Assembly (NCBI GenBank): GCA_050290185.1
Contig: JBNKHE010000003.1
Location: forward strand, 160,001 to 224,000
Reading direction: 5' to 3'
Length of the DNA: 64,000 nt
Source of the DNA: Pontiella sp.
GTDB lineage: Bacteria; Verrucomicrobiota; Kiritimatiellia; Kiritimatiellales; Pontiellaceae
A program made the position numbers and the translations under genes. This document shows positions 1-9,138 of this stretch, one piece after another. Below the pieces are notes generated by a model. The model had not been told where the DNA came from and made no database searches. It was given only the letters and a program-made list of their open reading frames with translations. Position 1 is the first letter of the stretch. Each line of letters begins with the position of its first letter.

Positions 1-692
1 AGAGCGGAAAGGTCATTGAGGGAGAATATGTATCGGTGATCTTTGACAATGTACAACTCAAAGACGCAAATGGGGATTTGGTGAAGATTCCCTTGGATCA
101 ATTCAGCGATGCAGATCGCGCTTACATAGAGCTGTTAAATCCCCCCACTCTTTCCATCGACTATCAAGAATCCGCGCAACCAAGAGAATTTACCGCCGAT
201 CCGTGGTTCGCCAACGGTGGGGGCAGTCAAATTTTAAATCATCCTATATACTTGATGGATGCATCCTTTGGAGCACTGATAAAACAAAAATCATCCAAAA
301 AATATAATCATGACTTAACCGTTGAGATGTATATACTTACCGAACAGAATCTGGATCCGGATAAGTATCATATAATCGGGAAGGTTAAGAGTGAACCATT
401 CCGGTTGACCAAGGAAAATAAGTTTCGCCATGTTTATACTACGCCGGAAACATACAAAATTATTTATTATAATTTATACAGTTCATGGAAGCGTGGAGAA
501 AAACCAAGCAAATACCTGATACTGGTGCGCGATGAGCTGGGCAATATCATTGAGCACAAGGGCCGGAGTGAATGGCTCTTCAAGAACCTTGATAAACTGG
601 AAAAGCTTCCGGTCGGTGCATGGATAAACGACAAATGTATTCGCGTTCATCCTACCTCTCCTCCGCGAACCCGTCGGGATCAAACAAACTAG
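1..692 (+). CDS. SHD1 (SLA1 homology domain 1)-containing protein, 5' truncated by the window
   Basis: Frame is open from position 3 (SGKVIEGEYVSVIFDNVQLKDANGDLVKIPLDQFSDADRAYI), matching the SHD1 pattern G..iea......V.L....G....ipl..LS..D..yv; stop at 690-692. Confidence 0.65.
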   Translation, partial: SGKVIEGEYVSVIFDNVQLKDANGDLVKIPLDQFSDADRAYIELLNPPTLSIDYQESAQPREFTADPWFANGGGSQILNHPIYLMDASFGALIKQKSSKKYNHDLTVEMYILTEQNLDPDKYHIIGKVKSEPFRLTKENKFRHVYTTPETYKIIYYNLYSSWKRGEKPSKYLILVRDELGNIIEHKGRSEWLFKNLDKLEKLPVGAWINDKCIRVHPTSPPRTRRDQTN

Positions 693-892
693 CTGTCTCC
701 TTGTCGGGAAAGGTTTCATTTTTCCTTCATGGGCTGGTGCCCGGGGTAATCGCCGGGATCCCTCCGTGGTATGGGAATCCATCATGAACTGATGAGCATG
801 GGCCTGCGATCGCATAGGCGGGAATTTGGCTTGAGTCGAAAGGCCAAATCACTATGGTTGCGCTTCATTTTTAAGGATTGGAACTGAAGCGT

Positions 893-2194
893 ATGAAAGA
901 GATCAAAATCGGTATTCTCGGGTTCGGCACGGTCGGCGCCGGTGTGGTGGAAGGTATTCAGAAAAACGGGACACTGATGGCCGAGCGAACCGGCATCGTA
1001 CCAGTGGTCGCCCGTATTGCGGACCTCGATATAGAGAGTTATCGGGGGGTCATGGTTCCCGAAGGTGTATTGACCACCGATGCCATGGGCGTCATTCAGG
1101 ATCCCGAAATCGATTTGATTGTCGAGCTGGTGGGCGGAACCACCGTTGCGCGCACTTTTACGCTGGCGGCCCTGAAACAGGGTAAGCCGGTCATTACGGC
1201 CAATAAAGCGCTTCTGGCCGATCATGGTGAGGACCTCTACAAAACCGCCCGGGAAAACAATACGGGCATTTACTATGAAGCTGCCGTGGGAGGCGGGATT
1301 CCCATTCTGCGTTCCCAGCGCGCCGGCCTTATAGGCAACCGCATCGAAAGTATCTATGGCATCCTGAACGGCACCTGCAACTATATCCTGACGCGCATGG
1401 AGCGCGAGGGGCTTCCCTTCGATACGATTCTGGCCGATGCCCAGCAACTCGGCTATGCCGAAACCCCGCCGGATCTGGATATTGACGGGATCGACACGGC
1501 GCATAAAGCAGTGGTGCTTGCTTCGATGGCCTATGGCGCGCCGGTGCCTATGAGTGCATGTCCCACTCTGGGGATTCGCGGTCTGGATGAATCCGAAATT
1601 GCCAACGCCGCCGAGCTGGGCTACCGAATCAAGCTGTTGGCCATCATCAAGGACAGCAACGGCGAAGTGGAGCTTTCTGTTGAACCGACCTTGGTTCCGC
1701 GTGAGCATATGGTGGCTTCGGTCAGCGATTCGTTCAATGCCGTTTTTGTGAAGGGCGATATTGTCGACGACACGATGTACTATGGTCGCGGCGCCGGCCG
1801 CCTGCCGACCGGCAGCGCGGTCATCGGCGATATCATGGAAGCAGCCGGCGACAGGCTTAACGAGGTCGGGGTTCCGGTAAGCGTAACCATGATGCTTCAG
1901 AACGAGACGCTGACCTACTGTTCGGCCGAAAACATCGTAAAACGCTGTTATATCCGGTTGAATCTTGAAGACAAGCCGGGCGCCATGGCGCAGGTGATGA
2001 CCATCCTTGGCAATCATAATATCAGCATTGCTTCCGTTGTTCAGAAGGAACGGCACCCGGAGGGGTATGCCCCGGTCGTCATTCTGACTCAGGATGCCAA
2101 GGAGTCCGAGTTCAAGGCTGCGATTGTGGAAATCGAAGCGCTTCCGGTATGTTCCTACCCGCCGGTCCGTATGCGCCTCGAAGACTTCGAATAA
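893..2194 (+). CDS. hom: homoserine dehydrogenase with C-terminal ACT domain
   Basis: GILGFGTVGAG Rossmann motif, TANKALLA, YEAAVGGGIP, GILNGTCNYIL, GRGAGRLPTGSAV, DKPGAMAQV ACT domain. Confidence 0.96.
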   Translation: MKEIKIGILGFGTVGAGVVEGIQKNGTLMAERTGIVPVVARIADLDIESYRGVMVPEGVLTTDAMGVIQDPEIDLIVELVGGTTVARTFTLAALKQGKPVITANKALLADHGEDLYKTARENNTGIYYEAAVGGGIPILRSQRAGLIGNRIESIYGILNGTCNYILTRMEREGLPFDTILADAQQLGYAETPPDLDIDGIDTAHKAVVLASMAYGAPVPMSACPTLGIRGLDESEIANAAELGYRIKLLAIIKDSNGEVELSVEPTLVPREHMVASVSDSFNAVFVKGDIVDDTMYYGRGAGRLPTGSAVIGDIMEAAGDRLNEVGVPVSVTMMLQNETLTYCSAENIVKRCYIRLNLEDKPGAMAQVMTILGNHNISIASVVQKERHPEGYAPVVILTQDAKESEFKAAIVEIEALPVCSYPPVRMRLEDFE

Positions 2195-2295
2195 AAAAAT
2201 GCCGCCTGGCCATTCGCTCAACTACATGGAATCCTAGCGGGCAGGCTAGGCGTATTATTCATATATAGCCTATATTTTAAGGAAGGTAAGTTGAT

Positions 2296-3645
2296 ATGAA
2301 AGTTGTAAAATTTGGCGGTTCATCTGTCGCAAACGCAGAACAGATTTCCAAGGTTATCGATATTGTGACGTCCGACGCAGATCGACGGGTTGTCGTGGTG
2401 TCGGCTCCCGGCAAGCGAAGCGGCGATGATACCAAGGTGACTGATCTGCTGATTGCTCTGGCCAACACGGTCATCGAGAATGGCGACTATGAAGCTGCCC
2501 TGCAGGCTGTGGTTGGCCGGTATGCCGAAATCCAGCACGATCTGGATCTGCCGGAAGATATCATTACAACGATCGAATTCGACCTGCGCGGACGTATCGA
2601 GTCCCGCGGCGAGCATCTTCTCCAGTTTATGGACGACATAAAGTCCTCCGGCGAGGATAATAATGCAAAGATAATCGCTGCAGCCTTTGTGGCCAAGGGC
2701 CATCCCGCAAGGTATGTCAATCCGGGTGAGGCCGGCATGCTGTTGAGTGATGAATTCGGCAATGCGGAAGTCCTTCCCGAATCCTACGAAAAGCTGGAAG
2801 CACTGAAGGATGCCTCCGAGATCATTGTGTTTCCCGGATTCTTCGGCAGTACGAAGTCCGGCGAGGTGGCGACCTTTCCCCGCGGCGGGTCTGACATCAC
2901 AGGAGCTATCCTGTCGGCTGCCGTTAAGGCCGATGTCTATGAAAACTTTACCGATGTGGATTCAGTCTATGCCATGGATCCGCGTATTATGCCGAGCGCG
3001 CCGGCCATCGAACTGATGACGTACCGCGAAATGCGGGAACTTTCCTATGCCGGCTTCGGGGTCTTCCACGACGAGGCGATCATCCCGGCGGTTCATGCCC
3101 AGATTCCGATTTGCATCAAGAACACCAACCGTCCGGAAATGCCGGGTACATTGATTGTTCCTGAGCGAAAATTCGAGCAGACCGAGGTGGTGGGGATCTC
3201 CAGTGCCGACGGCTTCTGTTCCATCTATATCGACAAGTACATGATGAACCGGGAAATCGGTTTCGGTCGACGCTTGCTTCAAATTCTCGAAGAAGAAGAG
3301 ATCTCATTTGAGCATACACCGTCCGGGATCGATAACATGTCGGTGATTCTTCAGTCCTCGGAACTGGGTGCCGATAAGGAGAAGCTGGTGGTCGACCGGG
3401 TCATGCAAGAGCTTAAGCCGGATAATGTTACTCTGGAGCATGGGCTTTCGCTGATTATGGTCGTGGGCGAAGGCATGCACTACGCGGTCGGCATGGCGGC
3501 CCGTGCCACCAGTGCACTTGGCGACGCGGGGGTAAACATTGAAATGATCAACCAGGGGGCCTCTGAAATCAGCATGATGTTTGCCGTCAAGGAGCTGGAT
3601 CGCAAGAAGGCCGTACTTGCCCTTGGAAACGCATTTTTCAACTGA
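2296..3645 (+). CDS. lysC: aspartate kinase (two ACT domains)
   Basis: KFGGSSVA, VVSAPGK, RGGSDITG, NFTDVD, ELSYAGFGVFH, NQGASEISM; RBS-like AAGGAAGG upstream. Confidence 0.93.
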   Translation: MKVVKFGGSSVANAEQISKVIDIVTSDADRRVVVVSAPGKRSGDDTKVTDLLIALANTVIENGDYEAALQAVVGRYAEIQHDLDLPEDIITTIEFDLRGRIESRGEHLLQFMDDIKSSGEDNNAKIIAAAFVAKGHPARYVNPGEAGMLLSDEFGNAEVLPESYEKLEALKDASEIIVFPGFFGSTKSGEVATFPRGGSDITGAILSAAVKADVYENFTDVDSVYAMDPRIMPSAPAIELMTYREMRELSYAGFGVFHDEAIIPAVHAQIPICIKNTNRPEMPGTLIVPERKFEQTEVVGISSADGFCSIYIDKYMMNREIGFGRRLLQILEEEEISFEHTPSGIDNMSVILQSSELGADKEKLVVDRVMQELKPDNVTLEHGLSLIMVVGEGMHYAVGMAARATSALGDAGVNIEMINQGASEISMMFAVKELDRKKAVLALGNAFFN

Positions 3646-3689
3646 TTTAAGCGCCAATGGATCTTGGTCGATTTTTTGACATTAGGCCG

Positions 3690-3719
3690 TTGACTCGCCC
3701 TTGGTGGATAAGTATACAT
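3690..3719 (+). promoter_or_regulatory. sigma-70-like promoter of tRNA-Leu
   Basis: TTGACT (3690-3695), 17 bp spacer, TATACA(T), ~13 bp upstream of the tRNA. Confidence 0.55.
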
Positions 3720-3731
3720 TACGCCCTTCAC

Positions 3732-3818
3732 GCACCCGTGGTGAAATTGGTAGACACGCAAGATTCAGGTTCTTGTGCCAGCAATGGCGTGATGGTTCGA
3801 CTCCATTCGGGTGCACCA
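3732..3818 (+). tRNA. tRNA-Leu (anticodon CAG)
   Basis: GCACCCG/CGGGTGC acceptor stem, GGTAGACAC D-arm, CAAGA-TTCAGGT-TCTTG anticodon arm, long variable arm, GGTTCGACT T-loop, encoded CCA. Confidence 0.97.
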
Positions 3819-3823
3819 CTTTG

Positions 3824-3854
3824 AAAAAACCCAGTCTTCGGACTGGGTTTTTTT
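3824..3854 (+). terminator. intrinsic terminator after tRNA-Leu (bidirectional shape)
   Basis: AAAAAACCCAGTC-TTCG-GACTGGGTTTTTT perfect hairpin with T-tract. Confidence 0.9.
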
Positions 3855-3943
3855 GTGTTCAAGAGGGCGAAATCAGCGGAAAACGTTTTTATGCGCCGAG
3901 GAAAAGCGGTATGTTTCCGGCTCATTTTTTCAGGAGGACTGCG

Positions 3944-6055
3944 ATGGATTTGGATATGGTTAACGAAGAGTGGTTTTTGGGTCAGTTGGAATCGGCCGAA
4001 ACCGACACGACGGAAATGGTTGAAACGTTTGGATTGATGGTGGATGCCGGACGTTCTGGCGAGGCCGATGAATGGGCGCAAAAGCTGTTCCAGAAGCTGG
4101 CTGAAGACGACCAGGTAGACCGAGCCCTTGAAGTCCTGGAATGGATGGCCGGTGTTCGCGGCATAATCAGCGATACAAAAGCATCGGTGGAAAAACTGCT
4201 GTCCAAGGACCGCAACGCGCTCAAGATGGTTGAACCGGCCGGTTTCGGCGGCAGTGTTCCGACCTCCAAATGTTTCAAGCACTTGCGTCACCTGCGTTCT
4301 CTCAAGACGGGTATGCTTTGCTACAACGAAACCTGGGGGTTCGGTGTTATCGAGCACATCGATTTCTTCTATCAGCAGCTTGAAATTGATTTCGAGGGAA
4401 AGGGCGATCACGAGATGGCCTTCAGCTATGCTGCCGAGGCTCTTGAAGTTCTTGACGACGCGCATATCCTGGCCGTCAAGCACAACAACCCTGCAGAGCT
4501 CGAGCGCCTCATTGCTGAAGATCCTGCAGAAGTGGTACGCATGGCCCTGCACAGCTATGGGACCATGTCGGTAGCCCGGCTGATTGAAAAGCTGGTTCCA
4601 TCGGTCGTATCTGAACCCGGCTGGAAAAAGTTCTGGGAAGGGGCTCGTCGGGAGCTCAAGAACGATGCTTCGATAGAGATTCCCAAGAAACGTTCCGATA
4701 ATATCGTGTTCCATAAAAAAGGACTTTCCTATGACGATGGCTGGTTCAAGCTGATCGCTGATGAGCGGGATATCGAAAAGCTGTTCGGGCGTTTCAATGA
4801 GATCGTCGAAAAGAAGATCGACACTTCCAGCGAGTACGCACAGTCAACGCTGTCCGACCGGCTAACCTTCATCATCAAAGGGGCTCCGTCGGCCCGTCCC
4901 GAATGGAAGGCCGAAGGATTCATCTATGCCCGTACGTTCGGGATCGAGCCCTCGGGGCTGGATACAACCCGGCTGATTCATGACCTGATCGAGGGCGATC
5001 TGGTGACCACCCTCGACCGGTTGCCTGCCCGCCAGCTTCAGGCTCTGCTGGCCATTCTCATTGAAAGCGACAAGGAGGCCGTTGTGGCCACCCTGAGCGA
5101 AGTCATTCCCGTGGTCAGCCATCCCGTACTGAATGAAGTCATGTCTTCGCTCATAGCGAATGGGGCCGAGGATGCGGTTCGCGAAATCATGGCTTCGGCT
5201 GTGGCCCGCCGCACCGCCAGTGCTCCGATGCTATTGTGGTGCCAACGGTCTACGGAGCATGTTCAGAAATGGGATCTGATTTCCAAAGGCGATCTGGCAT
5301 TCCGTATTCAAGAGGCGCTCGAAGTTAATGGGGCCGGCGCCATGCTGCGCGCCCAAAACCAGTTGCGCGAGCGGTTCCAGCAGGAGGATTGGCTGCACGA
5401 TGTGATGGATGCCATGACCGAGCAGCAACGCCGCGACTTTATGCGCCGTATCCACGAAGGCCACGGATGGGATGTGCTGGACCGCAAATCGGTGGTTGCC
5501 AAGGTGCTTCGTAAATTCCCGGAACTGCAGGATATCATTCTTCCGTCGGCCGCATCGACACAGCGCAAGGAAGTTCCGATGACTTCCACACGCAGCTATA
5601 CCGCGAAGCAGAAACATCTTGAGCGGATCATGACCGTGGAGATTCCCGAAAACTCCAAGGAGATCGAAGTGGCCCGTAGCTATGGCGACTTGCGCGAAAA
5701 CGCCGAATTCAAGTATGCCAAGGAACGTCAAGGATTGCTGATGGCACAGGGTGCGCAACTGGCCGAGGATCTGGAACGTGTAAAGCCGACCGATTTCGCC
5801 GATAGCGCCACGGATGTGGTAGGTAGCGGTTGCGGTGTCGAGCTGGCCTACGAAGGTGGAAACACCGAAACCTTCTTTATCCTCGGGGTATGGGACCAGG
5901 ACGAAGCCCTGTCGATCATTTCCTCTGAAACGCGCCTGGCCAAAGCCTTGATGGGGCACAAGGCCGGCGACAAGGTTGAGATTCCCGCCGGTGAATGCGA
6001 AATCTCGGCGGTTCTTCCCCTGTCGGAGTCCATTCGACTTTGGATTAAAGGATAG
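3944..6055 (+). CDS. greA: GreA/GreB transcription elongation factor with long N-terminal extension
   Basis: C-terminal EIEVARSYGDLRENAEFKYAKE Gre motif; AGGAGG RBS before ATG 3944 (the track start at 3701 overlaps the tRNA). Confidence 0.88.
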   Translation: MDLDMVNEEWFLGQLESAETDTTEMVETFGLMVDAGRSGEADEWAQKLFQKLAEDDQVDRALEVLEWMAGVRGIISDTKASVEKLLSKDRNALKMVEPAGFGGSVPTSKCFKHLRHLRSLKTGMLCYNETWGFGVIEHIDFFYQQLEIDFEGKGDHEMAFSYAAEALEVLDDAHILAVKHNNPAELERLIAEDPAEVVRMALHSYGTMSVARLIEKLVPSVVSEPGWKKFWEGARRELKNDASIEIPKKRSDNIVFHKKGLSYDDGWFKLIADERDIEKLFGRFNEIVEKKIDTSSEYAQSTLSDRLTFIIKGAPSARPEWKAEGFIYARTFGIEPSGLDTTRLIHDLIEGDLVTTLDRLPARQLQALLAILIESDKEAVVATLSEVIPVVSHPVLNEVMSSLIANGAEDAVREIMASAVARRTASAPMLLWCQRSTEHVQKWDLISKGDLAFRIQEALEVNGAGAMLRAQNQLRERFQQEDWLHDVMDAMTEQQRRDFMRRIHEGHGWDVLDRKSVVAKVLRKFPELQDIILPSAASTQRKEVPMTSTRSYTAKQKHLERIMTVEIPENSKEIEVARSYGDLRENAEFKYAKERQGLLMAQGAQLAEDLERVKPTDFADSATDVVGSGCGVELAYEGGNTETFFILGVWDQDEALSIISSETRLAKALMGHKAGDKVEIPAGECEISAVLPLSESIRLWIKG

Positions 6056-6076
6056 TCACCTGAACGGCGGTTGTCT

Positions 6077-7624
6077 ATGGATCTGGATCTGACTCCCCGG
6101 AAGTATAAGAAGAAAAAAGCGCCGAGGCGCTACCGGACGCCCCGCATACTGAAGAACTGGAACAATCCGTTCCAGTTGGCCATTCTCGGCGTGGCGCTGG
6201 CGGCCTTCGTCGGCTCCTCCGTGGTGGAACGGGTCAAGAGTCGCAACGCCTATACCAGGCAGTTTTCCCTTGCCTCGCGATTGGCCGACGATGTGGCGGC
6301 GTTGGATGAGCAGGTGCTTGCGACTTATCGTGACTTGCAAGCGGTAGTCGACGGGGTGGTGCTGAAGGAGAAATCGGAACAGGAAATTGCACTGGAAAAC
6401 CGGCTGACCGCGCTGAACCGTCAGTTGGACGATGACTATAAGCAGGTGAATGCCTGTTTTTATGCAATGCCGTCCCGTTATCAGTCAAAGTACGAGGTAC
6501 TGCAGTGGTTTATCGATTTTACGCGCGGTTGCATCGAAACTGCTCTCGCAGAGAAAAATTATGAACAGGCTCGACTCTGGTTCAACGATTCCGATCTCAA
6601 TATTCATTTAACGAACCTACAGGCAAGGGTTGAAGGAAAAGGATCCCTTGAAATCCGGGTGGACGACCAGATGGAGGAAGCGGTGGTCATTCCGGTAAAG
6701 TCGGATGGCCCCCGTCTTGTGCCTTGCGACCCGCTCCGGAAGGGTCGCGAATTTCCCCTTGTTGCTTCCGATATCGAGACAGGCTCCTATCTGGTTTGGA
6801 TTACTCTTACCAACGGTACTTTTTCTATTTTTCCCGTCTATGTTGACCATGGAGAACAGAAGCAAGTTGCACTCGTTGCTCCGGGCACGGTTCCCGAGGG
6901 CATGGCCTATGTCCCCGCCGGGCTGTTTTTTTGTGGAGGTGAGGAATCGACAATCTACCGGTATCACCGTAGCGAGCTCCCCGCATTTTTCATAAAGAAG
7001 AAAGAGGTGACCGTAGGCGAATACCTCGAATTCTGGAACCGTCTGGATGACGCCGCAATGAAAGCGGCATGCATGAGCCGGATTCGGTTTGATGATGACA
7101 GCCCATTGCAGAATGCATGGGATGCAAACGGACAGTTGCTGGATGCGCGTTTAAGTCCCGACTATCCCGTGGTCGGTATCACCATTGATGCGGCGGCAGC
7201 ATATTGCGACTGGCTGGGGGCCAGGCTGGAAAAGATTGTTCGACTACCCACTGCGGATGAGTGGGAAAAAGCGGCCCGTGGAGTCGATGGGCGTACCTAT
7301 CCATGGGGCTACGGGTTCCTCCCGGAAGTCGATCTGGCCCTTTGCATGGATAATCCGAAGGGGAAGCAGGAGTATCCGTTATGGGCTCCTCCCGGAAGCT
7401 TCCGGCGCGATGTCTCCGTTTACAACGTTTTCGATATGGCGGGTAATGTGCGTGAGCTGACTTCGACGCCTTGGCCCGGCCGGGAAGGTGTCATGCAGAT
7501 CAAGGGCGGCAGTGCTTTCACATCGTCTGCGAGTCTCCCCTGTGCGTATGCTTCGGATTCGTTTTCCGGGCCTAGTGATGTTGGGTTCCGTTACGTGATT
7601 GAATGGTTGGGAGAAGAACAATGA
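6077..7624 (+). CDS. membrane-anchored FGE-sulfatase (SUMF1/EgtB/PvdO) domain protein
   Basis: N-terminal TM segment; EVTVGEY, PVVGI..DAAAAYCDW, RLPTADEWEKAARG, YPWG, DMAGNVRE, VGFR motifs. Confidence 0.85.
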   Translation: MDLDLTPRKYKKKKAPRRYRTPRILKNWNNPFQLAILGVALAAFVGSSVVERVKSRNAYTRQFSLASRLADDVAALDEQVLATYRDLQAVVDGVVLKEKSEQEIALENRLTALNRQLDDDYKQVNACFYAMPSRYQSKYEVLQWFIDFTRGCIETALAEKNYEQARLWFNDSDLNIHLTNLQARVEGKGSLEIRVDDQMEEAVVIPVKSDGPRLVPCDPLRKGREFPLVASDIETGSYLVWITLTNGTFSIFPVYVDHGEQKQVALVAPGTVPEGMAYVPAGLFFCGGEESTIYRYHRSELPAFFIKKKEVTVGEYLEFWNRLDDAAMKAACMSRIRFDDDSPLQNAWDANGQLLDARLSPDYPVVGITIDAAAAYCDWLGARLEKIVRLPTADEWEKAARGVDGRTYPWGYGFLPEVDLALCMDNPKGKQEYPLWAPPGSFRRDVSVYNVFDMAGNVRELTSTPWPGREGVMQIKGGSAFTSSASLPCAYASDSFSGPSDVGFRYVIEWLGEEQ

Positions 7625-8643
7625 TACGTATTTCCGCTAAGTCTGAACACGCGGCAAAAGCCCTGGCTCTGGTTGAATCGTTGCAGCAACGTTTTGTAGC
7701 GGGGTTGGAAATGCTGGGAGGGGACGCCTTCGAGCGTGTCGAATGGTATCGCGACGAAGGCCTGCATGGCGGCGGGCAACGCTTTGGCGTCTCAGATGTC
7801 TCTTTGTTTGGCCGTGCTTCCGTAAATGTTTCTCAGGTTCAGTACGAAGACGATCCCGGCCGCCAGCTCGGTTCGGCTTCGGCGATCTCCACGATCGTTC
7901 ACCCGAATCATCCGCTGGCCCCTTCCGTTCATATCCACATCAGCTGGACCGAGCAAAAGGGCGGTGCCGGATACTGGCGCGTCATGGCCGACCTTAATCC
8001 GTCCATCCCGGATGACGCGGATACGGAACGTTTTACGGATGCGTTGCGGCAGGCCGCACCGGAGCAATTTGACGAAGCAACGGAGCAGGGAAACCGCTAT
8101 TTTTTCATTCCGTCCCTGGAGCGGCATCGCGGGGTGGTCCACTTCTATCTCGAAAACTATAATACCGGCAGTTTCGCGACTGATCACGATCTCGCTCACC
8201 GTGTAGGCGAGGCCGCCATCGACACCTATCTTTCCATTCTGAAAAAGGCCGTCCATGATGCGTCGGAGCCAACCGAAAAACAGCGGGCGGTGCAACTAGC
8301 TTACCACACGCTCTATTTTCTGCAGGTTCTCACCCTCGATCGCGGCACGACCACTGGCCTGATCGTACACGACCAGAATGACATCGGAATTCTCGGCTCC
8401 CTGCCGCCACGCATCGATAAAAACCTGCTTTCTTCATGGCGTTCACGCATGGTTAATCCGCAGGATCGTCTTCTGGATCAGTTGCTTTCTGCATTGCCCA
8501 ATCAAGGTGTCTGTACCATCGATGAAGAAGTTAAGCAGCAACTTGCCGATGCGGTTCGTGCACACTACAAGGCCTATCCCGAATCGCTCGATCTCCAGGC
8601 ATCTGGAAACTCCACGCCACCCACCATCGACAATCATCGATAA
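7621..8643 (+). CDS. hemF: oxygen-dependent coproporphyrinogen III oxidase-like protein (divergent)
   Basis: GGG.R, ASVNVSQV, ISTIVHPNHPLAPSVHIH, YFFIP...RHRGV, DRGTTTGL, ILGSLP motifs; ATGA overlap with the upstream gene. Confidence 0.75.
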   Translation: MIRISAKSEHAAKALALVESLQQRFVAGLEMLGGDAFERVEWYRDEGLHGGGQRFGVSDVSLFGRASVNVSQVQYEDDPGRQLGSASAISTIVHPNHPLAPSVHIHISWTEQKGGAGYWRVMADLNPSIPDDADTERFTDALRQAAPEQFDEATEQGNRYFFIPSLERHRGVVHFYLENYNTGSFATDHDLAHRVGEAAIDTYLSILKKAVHDASEPTEKQRAVQLAYHTLYFLQVLTLDRGTTTGLIVHDQNDIGILGSLPPRIDKNLLSSWRSRMVNPQDRLLDQLLSALPNQGVCTIDEEVKQQLADAVRAHYKAYPESLDLQASGNSTPPTIDNHR

Positions 8644-8669
8644 CAGTTATTGCCGAAAGCGCGCACGAG

Positions 8670-9075
8670 CCTGCGTTTGGTTGGTCATCTCCACGCCCAA
8701 GCGAACGCGCGATGGCCATCTGGTTACGCTCCGCCAATGGTGAGCTGTCGCCAGATGATCCAGAACATTGGCAAGCGTCTGTTCATCAAGCGGGTCATGC
8801 ATGTGACCAGCACCTGCAGCACGCGCCCAAAAAGGTGCGGCGGCGATCGACGTCTTCATGGCACAGCTCGATAACCACGAAGGCTAGCAGGGAGACCCGC
8901 GTATACTTAAATGATTGCTCGCTGAAACATTCTGGCCATTTGCTGGTGCCGTTCTCCGGAATGCTGAAAGGTACCCGCGCATGCCAAGTGCTTGAACGCG
9001 GAGGAACTCAAGCGCTACAACGAAACCGGAGTCGAATTTACCTTCCCGACGCAGATGCTCTACGTGAACAGTGTC
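8670..9075 (+). pseudogene. mscS: degraded C-terminal fragment of a small-conductance mechanosensitive channel (MscS family)
   Basis: Pieces in shifting frames read TRDGHLVTL / NGEL / MIQNIGKRLFIKRVMHVT..ST / LDNHEG* / RVYLND / LNAEELKRYNETGVEFTFPTQMLYV, the MscS cytoplasmic-cage order; multiple frameshifts and stops. Confidence 0.7.
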
Positions 9076-9138
9076 GAGGTGCGGAGAGTCTGCTTGGAAT
9101 CTAGGGGGTGAAGGGGAGGAACTCCCCTCCAGTCGCCG

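Noticed and set aside
693..892. SAM, lysine or T-box leader upstream of hom (and upstream of lysC)
   Set aside because: No conserved riboswitch core motifs recognised; only short hairpins
782..2221. 479-aa minus-strand ORF, and similar long antisense ORFs at 3728-4714, 16401-17591, 36570-37613, 45432-46460 and 62366-63160
   Set aside because: Shadow frames of well-supported genes in GC-rich, codon-biased DNA; no recognisable motifs
3701..3943. N-terminal extension of greA given by the ORF track
   Set aside because: Overlaps tRNA-Leu and its terminator; a strong AGGAGG RBS supports ATG 3944
8647..9104. Small novel ORFs or a toxin-antitoxin pair
   Set aside because: Better explained as frameshifted pieces of an mscS pseudogene
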